Shown one piece after another: positions 55,888 to 64,000 of a stretch of DNA of 64,000 nucleotides. The stretch comes from an uncultured Isosphaeraceae bacterium (GTDB taxonomy: Bacteria; Planctomycetota; Phycisphaerae; Phycisphaerales; SM1A02): contig CAZGFN010000004.1 of NCBI GenBank assembly GCA_964524945.1, positions 5,581-69,580 of the forward strand, in the 5' to 3' direction. Within the stretch, counting starts at the first letter, position 1. Each line of letters starts with the position of its first letter. The notes beneath the pieces were generated by a model. It saw only the letters and a program-made list of their open reading frames with translations. It did no database searches and was not told where the DNA came from. Both the position numbers and the translations under genes were made by a program.

Positions 55888-58800
55888 ATGCCCACTGACC
55901 ACGAAGTTGAGCAGCGGATCAAGCAGTTGAGGGGCGACATCGATTTGTGCATGGTTCGAGATCGCCGTTCCATTCGCCGTCGGTTGCGGCGACTCAAGGG
56001 GCGGCATGGAGACGTGATTACATCGGGTCTTGACAAGATCGCTCAGCGAATCAGGGCATCTCGCAGCGAGACCCACCGCCGAGCGGCGAGCATTCCAAAT
56101 ACATCAGTTCAAGGGCACTTGCCGATTCACGCGTGCAGCGATGACATCATCGCAGCCATCCGTGACTCGCCGTGCGTGGTGGTGGTCGGTGAAACTGGAT
56201 CAGGAAAAACGACGCAATTGCCCAAGTTCGCCATGGCCGCGGACCGCGGCATCTTTGGAGACATCGCTTGCACTCAGCCACGCCGCGTCGCAGCAAGAGC
56301 GGTTGCCAATCGAATCGCCCGAGAACTTGGTACGACACCAGGCGATCTGGTCGGGCATCGCGTTCGCTTCGATCGATCCGATTCGGCCAGCACCATTGTT
56401 CGGGTCATGACCGACGGCATGCTGCTGGCGGAACTGGCAGGTGATCGACGGCTGGAGCGCTACGACACCATCATCATCGATGAAGCGCACGAGCGAAGCG
56501 TCAACATCGACTTCTTGCTTGGGCTGGTCCGACAACTCATGGATCGGCGGCCCGAGTTGCGGGTGGTCATCACCTCGGCCACCATCGATGCAGGGCAATT
56601 CTCCGAGCACTTTTCCGATGCGCCCATCATCGAAGTGCCTGGGCGCACCTATCCGGTAGACATCCAGTACTGGGACCAACCTCCACCACAAGGTGATATG
56701 GAGGCGCTCGCGGCCGCTGTAGTCCACGCGACCAAGCGAATCGAGACAACCATCGGCGGCCAGGGTGACGTGCTGGTCTTTTTGCCGGGCGAGCGGGAGA
56801 TCCGGGAGTGCATGCGACGGCTCGAAGGTGCCTTTCCCAATCGGGAAGTGTTGCCGCTGCATGCGAGGTTATCCCTTGCCGCGCAGGAGCGGGTCGTAGC
56901 GGCGAGCAAGACACGCCGCATTATCTGCAGCACCAATGTGGCCGAGACCTCGCTGACGGTTCCATCGGTGCGAGGTGTCATAGATTCCGGGCTCGTTCGA
57001 GTTGGTCGATGGTCTGCAAGGCGGCGATTGCAACGACTACCCATCGAGGATGTGTGCCAAGCTTCGGCAGTACAGCGAGCAGGGCGTGCGGGGCGAGTTG
57101 CGGCCGGGGCATGCATCAGGCTCTACAGCCAGTGTCATTTTGATGATCGGCCGGCGGAACTCGATCCAGAAATTCGACGGTGCGATCTCGCTGGCGTACT
57201 GCTGCGTATGGCTGCGATGGAACTTGGCGACCCGGAGACCTTCCCGTTTCTGGATCCGCTTCGACCCACTTCCGTTCGCGGTGCGCGGCGGCATTTAGAA
57301 GATCTTGGCGCGATGGCCCAAGACGCCATCACGCCCATGGGCCGCGAAATGGCTGCACTGCCGCTGGAGCCAAGCGTGGCGCGAGTGCTGCTGGCTGCTG
57401 GCCAAAGCGGGTGTCTTGAACAAGTGTCGGTCATCGCTGCGGTCATGGGGCTTGCTGATCCGAGGCTGCGGCCCACCGGCGAGGAGTCCGCGGCTGACAT
57501 AGCCCATCGGCGTCTTCTGCCACGAGGGTGCGAGTCGGATTTCATGGCGCTGCTGGCACTGTGGGATCGGTGTATTCAACGATGGCGTGAACACGGCGCC
57601 TCGGCGACGCGGCGATGGTGCCGCGATCACTTTGTGTCTTGGGTGCGGCTCTTGGAATGGCGCGACATTCACAGCCAACTGCGTCGGGCGCTCCGCGAAC
57701 CGGGAATCTTGGCGCATCGCTCGAGTAGCCCGCGGCCTAACCCCATCCACCGTGCCTTACTCGCCGGCGTGGTGATGCAGGTGGGACGGCGTATCGATGA
57801 CGGCCAGTACGAGACACCGTCGGGACGTCGTTTTCGCATTCATCCTTCGAGCGTGCTGGCAACCAAGTCACCGCCGTGGGTGATGGCCGGCGAACTTGTG
57901 GAGACGAGCCGTCTGTGGGGTCGCACTTGCGCAACAGTGCAGCCCGGTTGGATCGTTCGGGTGGCCTCGCATTTGGTTCGCCGTGAGTACGACACGCCGC
58001 AATGGAATGCCCGGCGTGGGTGCGTCATGGCCAAGGAGCGGATCACGTTGCGTGGTCTCACGGTGAGCAACGACCGCCGCGTGAACCTTGAGCCAATCGA
58101 CCCCGAGGCTGCACGGCAGTGCTTTATTAATCAAGTGTTGGTTGATTCCGATGACGACTTTGGAATCCCCGAACTGGCCACTGCTCGTAATAGTCGCCGC
58201 GTCATTATGCAAGTCGAGGATCGCCTGCGCCGTCGCACTGTGTTGCGGGGGCCCATCGATCGGCAAACGCTATGGGACGCCCGGCTTCCGCAGGAGGTCA
58301 TTGGGCTCCGTTCGCTTCAAAACTGGTGGCGGCATGCCGACGCGACGTCACGGTCGGCGCTGGCATTGACCATCGATGACCTTGCAAGCGAACCGGTTCA
58401 ATTGGTCAAGCATGACTTTCCTGAGCAACTGGATCTTGGTGGCCAGTTGCTGCCAGTGCGGTATCGGTTCGCCCAAGGCGAGCCCGATGACGGCGTGACG
58501 ATCCGTCTACCGCTGGTGTATTTGGAGCAGATTGACGATCGCGAACTTCGGTGGCGAATTCCTGGCATGCGGCGTGCCTGCATCGACACGATTGTGTCCC
58601 ACCTTCCCAAGGATGTCCGCCGTGGCTTGTCGCCACGGAGCGAGACGATTGCCGCAGCCTCGGAGATGATGGAGTCGGTGACCAAGGACTTTGATGCCAC
58701 GCTTGCCCAGTGGCTGTCCCGCCGGGCAGGCACGCTGATTGAGCCAACGCAGTTCAGCCGTATGGACTTTCCTGAGTACTTCTCGATTCGATGGGAAATA

Positions 58801-59751
58801 CTTTCCGATGGCCATGTCATTGCTTCGGGTCGTGATTTGGGCAGACTTCGACGGGAACTGGCCGGGACGCTCGCCTCGCAGGTGGCATCGGCTCAGTTGT
58901 CACACTCGGCGGCCTCACGTGGCCATGTGGAGTGGGACTGGGAGTCACTTTCTAGCGACGAAACGCTACACATTGGGGGCCAAACCATCGCTGCCAGTGC
59001 GTTTCTTGTGGACGCGGTGTCTGCTGTGGATGTGCAGGTGGCCCCACCGAGCCGAGCATGCGATGCCAGCCATCGCAGCGGCGTCTATCGACTGGCGATC
59101 TTTTCCATGCACGGCGAATTGTCTGCCGCCATTGAGTCGGCCATGGACATCGATCACATGCGGGTGATTTCTGCGCCCCGCGGACTGTCAAATCGTGTGT
59201 GGTCTCAGGCGGCAATGATGACGCTGACGGCCGCGGGTTTTGACGGCAGTGGGGTGCGTGATCGCCGGGCCTTTGAGTCAGCATGTACGGCGGCTTGGGG
59301 CGACTTGGCATCGGCAGCTGTTGCCGCGTGCTCACTGCTTCAATCGTGTTGGGATAGCGTATCGGCGGTCGATTTACGTCTGGAACACAGCCAGTCACCC
59401 TGCTGCAGTGAAGTCAATGCGCAAGTGTCGCGGGTGCTGCGTCTCTTGGATGTGCCCATGGCAACAAGTTGGCTCGCTCGTATTCCGGTGTGGCTTGGGT
59501 GCGCTGCGACGCGGCTGTCCCGTGCCAGTGAGGAGGATCAGTCTGCGCGTGCATGGGAACCATATGTTGACGGGTCCAATGCAGTCGACGATCCTGTGTC
59601 GGCCAGCGGCGCGCAGATGATGTGCCTGCTGGAGGAATGGCGATGCGGTCGGCACGGCGTGGCCGCCAGTGTGCAGGTGGACGAGGCGATGCTTCGTCAG
59701 CAGGCGCAGGCGGTCGCCCGCGATCGTGTCGGGGGAGCCGGAGGGGCGTGA
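55888..59751 (+). CDS. hrpA: ATP-dependent RNA helicase HrpA
   Basis: DEAH-box helicase motifs GETGSGKTTQ, DEAHERS, SATID and QRAGRAGR, followed by a long HA2/OB/C-terminal extension. 1287 aa. Confidence 0.95.
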   Translation: MPTDHEVEQRIKQLRGDIDLCMVRDRRSIRRRLRRLKGRHGDVITSGLDKIAQRIRASRSETHRRAASIPNTSVQGHLPIHACSDDIIAAIRDSPCVVVVGETGSGKTTQLPKFAMAADRGIFGDIACTQPRRVAARAVANRIARELGTTPGDLVGHRVRFDRSDSASTIVRVMTDGMLLAELAGDRRLERYDTIIIDEAHERSVNIDFLLGLVRQLMDRRPELRVVITSATIDAGQFSEHFSDAPIIEVPGRTYPVDIQYWDQPPPQGDMEALAAAVVHATKRIETTIGGQGDVLVFLPGEREIRECMRRLEGAFPNREVLPLHARLSLAAQERVVAASKTRRIICSTNVAETSLTVPSVRGVIDSGLVRVGRWSARRRLQRLPIEDVCQASAVQRAGRAGRVAAGACIRLYSQCHFDDRPAELDPEIRRCDLAGVLLRMAAMELGDPETFPFLDPLRPTSVRGARRHLEDLGAMAQDAITPMGREMAALPLEPSVARVLLAAGQSGCLEQVSVIAAVMGLADPRLRPTGEESAADIAHRRLLPRGCESDFMALLALWDRCIQRWREHGASATRRWCRDHFVSWVRLLEWRDIHSQLRRALREPGILAHRSSSPRPNPIHRALLAGVVMQVGRRIDDGQYETPSGRRFRIHPSSVLATKSPPWVMAGELVETSRLWGRTCATVQPGWIVRVASHLVRREYDTPQWNARRGCVMAKERITLRGLTVSNDRRVNLEPIDPEAARQCFINQVLVDSDDDFGIPELATARNSRRVIMQVEDRLRRRTVLRGPIDRQTLWDARLPQEVIGLRSLQNWWRHADATSRSALALTIDDLASEPVQLVKHDFPEQLDLGGQLLPVRYRFAQGEPDDGVTIRLPLVYLEQIDDRELRWRIPGMRRACIDTIVSHLPKDVRRGLSPRSETIAAASEMMESVTKDFDATLAQWLSRRAGTLIEPTQFSRMDFPEYFSIRWEILSDGHVIASGRDLGRLRRELAGTLASQVASAQLSHSAASRGHVEWDWESLSSDETLHIGGQTIAASAFLVDAVSAVDVQVAPPSRACDASHRSGVYRLAIFSMHGELSAAIESAMDIDHMRVISAPRGLSNRVWSQAAMMTLTAAGFDGSGVRDRRAFESACTAAWGDLASAAVAACSLLQSCWDSVSAVDLRLEHSQSPCCSEVNAQVSRVLRLLDVPMATSWLARIPVWLGCAATRLSRASEEDQSARAWEPYVDGSNAVDDPVSASGAQMMCLLEEWRCGRHGVAASVQVDEAMLRQQAQAVARDRVGGAGGA

Positions 59752-59761
59752 TGCGGCGTCA

Positions 59762-61105
59762 TCAGCAGGAGCGGCAGGCTTCGTGCTGGGGCTTGCGGCC
59801 GATGCTGTAGTAGGCGAAGCCTTGGTCGTGCAGGGCGTCGTCGTGCCAGACATTGCGTCCGTCAAAGATGACCGGGCTGGCGAGTTTGCGTTTGATGAGG
59901 TCAAAGTCGGGCGTGCGGAACTCGTCCCACTCGGTGCACACTACGAGTCCATCACACTGGGTGAGACACTCGTACATGTCGTCGACGTACTCAATGTCGA
60001 GGCCGTACTTGGCAAATGTGTGTCGGGCAATGGGATCAAATGCCTTGATGGTGACCCCGCGACTGAGTAGTTCTTCGATGATCGTTTGGGCTGGGGCTTC
60101 TCGCACATCATCGGTTCGTGGCTTGAAAGCCAGCCCCCACAGCGCGATCGTCTTGCCAGAGAGATCCTCGCCGAAGTGACGAAGGATGCCGTTGACGAAC
60201 CAGAGTCGTTGTTGTTGGTTGACTTCGTGGACTGCTTCGTTGAGTAGGCAGGGGATGCCTGAGTCCTGACCCATTTCGATGACGGCCAGTGTGTCCTTTG
60301 GGAAGCAGCTGCCACCGTAGCCCAGTCCAGGATTGAGGAACTTGTCGCCGATTCGTTTGTCGGCGCACATGCCTTCTCGGACGCGGGCGATGTCGGCGCC
60401 ATAGTGTTCAGCCAGTCGAGCAATTTCGTTGATAAAGGAGATCTTTGCCGCGAGCATGGCATTGCTGGCGTACTTGACCATCTCCGACGATTCAATATCC
60501 ATGAACATCAGTGGGTTGGACTGACTGACGTAGGGCTCGTACAACTTGCTGAGGAGTTTGCAGCTCCGCTGATCGTGCACGCCGCAGACCACACGGTCGG
60601 GCTGCTGGAAGTCGCGGATCGCGTCGCCTTCGCGGAGGAACTCGGGGTTGTCCGCAACGCCGAAAGGCTTGCTGGTGATGCTTGCGATGACCTCGCGGAC
60701 CTTGCTGGTGGTGCCCACTGGGACGGTGGACTTGACGACGATGACCGGGTGCTCGACTGTGCAGTCGCCCGACTCGATTGCATGGCCGATGTCGCGGGCG
60801 ACGGCCATGACGGCCGAGAGATCGCTGCGTCCATCAGGCCCCGTAGGCGTGCCAACGCAGATGAAGATGAGTTCGCCGTGGGCATAGCCGGTGGCTCGGT
60901 CGTCGGTGAAGTGCAGGCGCCCGGCCTTGATGTTGAGCGTCATGAGTTCGCTCAGCCCTGGCTCGAAGATCGGGCACTCGCCCCGCAGCATGGTGGCGAC
61001 CCGTTCTGGGTCGATGTCCAAGCACGTCACCTGGTTACCGGTATTAGAAAAACACGTGCCAGTAACAAGTCCGACGTATCCGCTGCCAACGATGGTCAGG
61101 TGCAT
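59762..61105 (-). CDS. ugd: UDP-glucose 6-dehydrogenase
   Basis: MHLTIVGSGYVGLVTG Rossmann start, the catalytic region GYGGSCFPKD, and GLAFKP.TDD.R.AP. ATG at 61105. Confidence 0.9.
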   Translation of the reverse strand: MHLTIVGSGYVGLVTGTCFSNTGNQVTCLDIDPERVATMLRGECPIFEPGLSELMTLNIKAGRLHFTDDRATGYAHGELIFICVGTPTGPDGRSDLSAVMAVARDIGHAIESGDCTVEHPVIVVKSTVPVGTTSKVREVIASITSKPFGVADNPEFLREGDAIRDFQQPDRVVCGVHDQRSCKLLSKLYEPYVSQSNPLMFMDIESSEMVKYASNAMLAAKISFINEIARLAEHYGADIARVREGMCADKRIGDKFLNPGLGYGGSCFPKDTLAVIEMGQDSGIPCLLNEAVHEVNQQQRLWFVNGILRHFGEDLSGKTIALWGLAFKPRTDDVREAPAQTIIEELLSRGVTIKAFDPIARHTFAKYGLDIEYVDDMYECLTQCDGLVVCTEWDEFRTPDFDLIKRKLASPVIFDGRNVWHDDALHDQGFAYYSIGRKPQHEACRSC

Positions 61106-61214
61106 TTGAGCCTCGATCCTGTGCATGGGGGTGATGTTGGCGGGCCCGCCATTGCCCACGAGCCGCGCATTGTATCGGCAGTCAGGTCACGATTCATCAG
61201 CATGCCTGCCCGGA

Positions 61215-61730
61215 TCAAGAAATGCAGGCGGCCGATTCAAGGGCCAGTAAATGCGTTTTCAGGTGAAGCCAACGCCCCATGGGATCGGTCGAGCCCGAGA
61301 AGCCACCAAGGCCGGTGCTCGAAACGATCCGGTGACATGGTGTGAGCAGGGGCTGCGGGTTGGTTCGCATGGCCGTGCCCGCGGCGCGGGCCGCGGCGGG
61401 ACGTCCAGCCATCGTGGCAAGTTGGGCATAGGTTCGCGTGTGTCCGGGCTTGATGCGGCGGCAGGCTTCCCAGCACGCGCGGTGGAAAGGGGGACCGTCG
61501 GGGAGATCCGTTGGAGGCGGTCCTGCGTGGCCGTTGAGCATGGTCGAGAGCCACCGTGCGACGTCTGGAAGCAACCGACGATTTTCTTGCCCGTTGGGGC
61601 AGGGCAGTCCCTGAATATCAAAGGTCGTCGTGATGTGTCCAGCAGCATCGCGAGCGAGCAGGATGTCACCTGCGGGTGTGTGAACACGTCTCCACTGGGT
61701 GGCCGTCTCAGTGGGGTAGTGGGTGGTCAT
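61215..61730 (-). CDS. ogt: methylated-DNA--protein-cysteine methyltransferase
   Basis: [35 protein letters not shown] contains the PCHR active site. The ATG at 61730 overlaps the glyA 3' end by 23 nt. Confidence 0.85.
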   Translation of the reverse strand: MTTHYPTETATQWRRVHTPAGDILLARDAAGHITTTFDIQGLPCPNGQENRRLLPDVARWLSTMLNGHAGPPPTDLPDGPPFHRACWEACRRIKPGHTRTYAQLATMAGRPAAARAAGTAMRTNPQPLLTPCHRIVSSTGLGGFSGSTDPMGRWLHLKTHLLALESAACIS

Positions 61731-63000
61731 GGCAAAGTGTTTGAACCTGCTGCCGGACTTGGCTCGCAACGGCGTCATCGCCCTGCGAAGCCATGACGCG
61801 ATCGAGCATTGCTGCGACCGTACGCATGTCGTTTTGGGTGAACCCGCGTGTGGTCAGCGCCGCGGTACCAAGTCGAAGACCACTGGTCACCATCGGCGGT
61901 CGGGAGTCGTTGGGAATGCCGTTCTTATTGGTGATGATGCCCGCAGCCTCGAGCCATTTTTCGGCGTCGGCGCCGGTGAGTTCCGCATCGCGAGGTCGCA
62001 GGTCAACGAGTAGCAGATGGTTGTCGGTGCCTCCGGAACACAGACGATAGCCGTAGTCAACAAGGGCTTCGGCCAGTGCCTTGGCATTGGCGACAATCTC
62101 TGCGGCGTAGTTTTTGAAGTCGTCTTGCAACGCTTCGCCAAAGGCCACCGCCTTGGCGGCGATGATGTGCATGAGTGGTCCGCCTTGGGACCCCGGGAAA
62201 ACCTTGCGGTCGACCATTTTCGCCACTTCTGGATCATCGCTGAGAATCAGACCTCCACGTGGGCCTCGTAGGGTTTTATGTGTGGTAGTTGTGACGACAT
62301 GCGCGTGGGGGAAGGGGGATGGGTGGACACCGGCGGCGACGAGTCCAGCGATGTGCGCGATATCGGCCATGAGTACGGCGCCCACTTCATCGGCGATCGC
62401 GCGGAAGCGGGCAAAGTCGATGGTGCGGGGATAGGCCGAGTAGCCACAGATAATCATGTGCGGTTTGACTTCGCGGGCGCGTTGAGCGATGTGGTCGTAG
62501 TCGAGCAGTTCCGTCTCAGGGTCGAGTTCGTAATCATGAATGTCGTAGAACGTGCCCGAGAAGTTCGGCTTGAGGCCGTGGCTGAGGTGGCCACCGGACT
62601 TGATGGGCAAACTCAGGATGCGATCGCCGGGTTTGCACATGGCCATGAAGGCGGCGACGTTTGCATTGGCGCCGCTGTGGGGTTGCACGTTGGCAAAGGC
62701 GCAGCCAAACAATTCCTTGGCGCGGTCACGGGCGATATCTTCGATGACGTCATGGTGTTCGCAGCCACCGTAGTAGCGTTTGGACGGGTAGCCCTCGGCA
62801 TACTTGTTGGTTAGCCAAGATCCCATCGTGTGCATGACAGCCGTGGAGACGTGGTTCTCCGAGGCGATCAGTTCGATGGTGTCGGCCTGCCGGGCCGCCT
62901 CGCGAACCATCGCCGCGGCGACATCGGGGTCATGTTGCTCAAGCAGGTGCACGAGTTCGCGGGAGATGTTGTCCAATGCAATAGTCTCGGTTGTGGTCAT
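61708..63000 (-). CDS. glyA: serine hydroxymethyltransferase
   Basis: [22 protein letters not shown], and the [18 protein letters not shown]-lysine motif. Confidence 0.97.
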   Translation of the reverse strand: MTTTETIALDNISRELVHLLEQHDPDVAAAMVREAARQADTIELIASENHVSTAVMHTMGSWLTNKYAEGYPSKRYYGGCEHHDVIEDIARDRAKELFGCAFANVQPHSGANANVAAFMAMCKPGDRILSLPIKSGGHLSHGLKPNFSGTFYDIHDYELDPETELLDYDHIAQRAREVKPHMIICGYSAYPRTIDFARFRAIADEVGAVLMADIAHIAGLVAAGVHPSPFPHAHVVTTTTHKTLRGPRGGLILSDDPEVAKMVDRKVFPGSQGGPLMHIIAAKAVAFGEALQDDFKNYAAEIVANAKALAEALVDYGYRLCSGGTDNHLLLVDLRPRDAELTGADAEKWLEAAGIITNKNGIPNDSRPPMVTSGLRLGTAALTTRGFTQNDMRTVAAMLDRVMASQGDDAVASQVRQQVQTLCHDHPLPH

Positions 63001-63046
63001 GGGCGAATTCTACGGTGAGATATCAGTTGACGATATCGTTCCGGTT

Positions 63047-63526
63047 ATGGATGGGCCACCTTTTCACATTGTGTTGGTACAGCCGGAAATTCCCAATAAC
63101 ACTGGGACGATCGGGCGCACGGTAGCGGCCACGGGCTGCCGGCTCCACATCGTGCACCCCATCGGGTTCTCGATGGACGAAAAGGCGCGGCGGCGGGCCG
63201 GTCTGGACTATTGGGACCATGTCGATTGCGTTGAGCACGCCAGTTGGGAAGCCTTTCTCGAGTCCCAGTCCCCGGATCGAGGTTGGGTGATGACGGCCAG
63301 GGCCACCACAGCTTTGTGGGACGTTGCGATGCAACGGGGCGATTATCTGCTCTTTGGCGGTGAATCCGGCGGCCTCCCCGACCATGTATTGGCGTGGGCT
63401 GAGCGGAAATGGGGGCCAGAGTGTCGTGTGGGCCTACCGATGACCGAGGGTCTGCGAAGCCTCAATCTGGCGTGTGCCGCGACGGCCGCCGCCTATGAGG
63501 GCCTTCGGCAAATTGCTCGGACCTGA
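63047..63526 (+). CDS. trmL: tRNA (cytidine/uridine-2'-O)-methyltransferase TrmL (SpoU/TrmH family)
   Basis: FHIVLVQPEIPNNTGTIGRT..ATG..LHIV.P.GF and the C-terminal LNLA.A......E. motif. ATG at 63047 inside the track ORF. Confidence 0.85.
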   Translation: MDGPPFHIVLVQPEIPNNTGTIGRTVAATGCRLHIVHPIGFSMDEKARRRAGLDYWDHVDCVEHASWEAFLESQSPDRGWVMTARATTALWDVAMQRGDYLLFGGESGGLPDHVLAWAERKWGPECRVGLPMTEGLRSLNLACAATAAAYEGLRQIART

Positions 63527-63611
63527 GGGCTCGCTATAGTGGACCACTTCCCGATGCAGCCCGATGGCGGCATTTGGATGACTTGGCACAGATCGAAGGA
63601 AGAAGAACGAG

Positions 63612-64000
63612 ATGGCCTACAAAACAGAAAACATTCGCAATTTTGCGCTGCTTGGGACCTCCGCTGCAGGCAAAACCACGCTGGCCGAAGCGATGCTCGT
63701 CAATGCCGGCGTGATTGGCCGCGCAGGAAAAGTTGAAGATGGCAATACCGTCAGCGACTGGGATGAGCTTGAAAAGCAGTTCGGTCATAGCATCGACTCA
63801 TCGCTGTTGTATCTGGACCACAATGGGAGCCACTTCAATCTCATCGATACGCCCGGGCGTGGCGACTTCATTGGCAAGGCCATCGGGGCCATGCCCGCCG
63901 TGGAGACCATGGTGGTGGTGCTCGACGCAGCTTCGGGCATTGGACCCGTAGCCAGACGTGTTATGATCGATGCTGGTGGCGATATCGGTGGATTCTTAGA
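63612..64000 (+). CDS. elongation factor G-like GTPase, N-terminal fragment (runs off window)
   Basis: Own translation: MAYKTENIRNFALLGTSAAGKTTLAEAMLVNAGVIGRAGKVEDGNTVSDWDELEKQFGHSIDSS...NLIDTPGRGDFIG... The G1 P-loop and G3 DTPG motifs follow EF-G spacing. Not in the track because the ORF is open-ended. Confidence 0.8.
   Translation, partial: MAYKTENIRNFALLGTSAAGKTTLAEAMLVNAGVIGRAGKVEDGNTVSDWDELEKQFGHSIDSSLLYLDHNGSHFNLIDTPGRGDFIGKAIGAMPAVETMVVVLDAASGIGPVARRVMIDAGGDIGGFL

Noticed and set aside
1-64000. tRNA, rRNA, tmRNA, riboswitch and CRISPR scan by eye of all spacers longer than 40 bp
   Set aside because: I recognised no cloverleaf-compatible sequences, rRNA signatures or repeat-spacer arrays. 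This is a visual check only, and an Infernal/tRNAscan run would be decisive.

Overview
About 60% GC bacterial chromosomal segment with dense coding and many 4-nt start/stop overlaps. I found no rRNA, tRNA, CRISPR array, integrase or transposase by eye. Several gene families suggest a PVC-superphylum, Planctomycetota-like diderm; this is inference only. They are a TIGR04138-like Planctomycete/Verrucomicrobia-restricted protein, a HAF-repeat plus dockerin exoprotein, a giant fused SecDF, coiled-coil OmpA-like lipoproteins and an FlgI-like lipoprotein.

Most of the window is housekeeping:
- msrBA, queD, Mla lipid-transport genes split over two loci, ffh, polX, recG and xseAB.
- A prepilin peptidase, a NUDIX hydrolase, a rhomboid protease and the classical tgt-yajC-secDF block.
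- NAD-type isocitrate dehydrogenase, smc, hrpA, ugd, ogt, glyA, trmL and a truncated EF-G-like GTPase.

Positions 46.4-55.8 kb hold one minus-strand respiratory block. It contains caa3-type oxidase subunits II/I/III, an unknown membrane protein, a dihaem cytochrome c, a Rieske protein, a cytochrome b fused to a c-type domain, a CtaG fused to a CcoG/NapH-type polyferredoxin, and a FixH-like protein.

The most unusual region lies directly downstream on the same strand, at 39.9-45.9 kb:
- a membrane-anchored bactofilin-like protein;
- three small helical proteins that share a TW[RT][DE] turn motif, one of which reads like a WXG100/EsxA-type protein;
- a 1288-aa membrane ATPase with three FtsK/SpoIIIE-like domains, of which only the middle one is catalytically intact;
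- one or two tiny ORFs and a hairpin/T-tract terminator.

This is the gene signature of type VII (ESX/Ess-like) secretion, here in what looks like a diderm genome and without recognisable accessory T7SS components. All calls come from reading the translations. No database search was run, so family assignments are motif-level recognitions.
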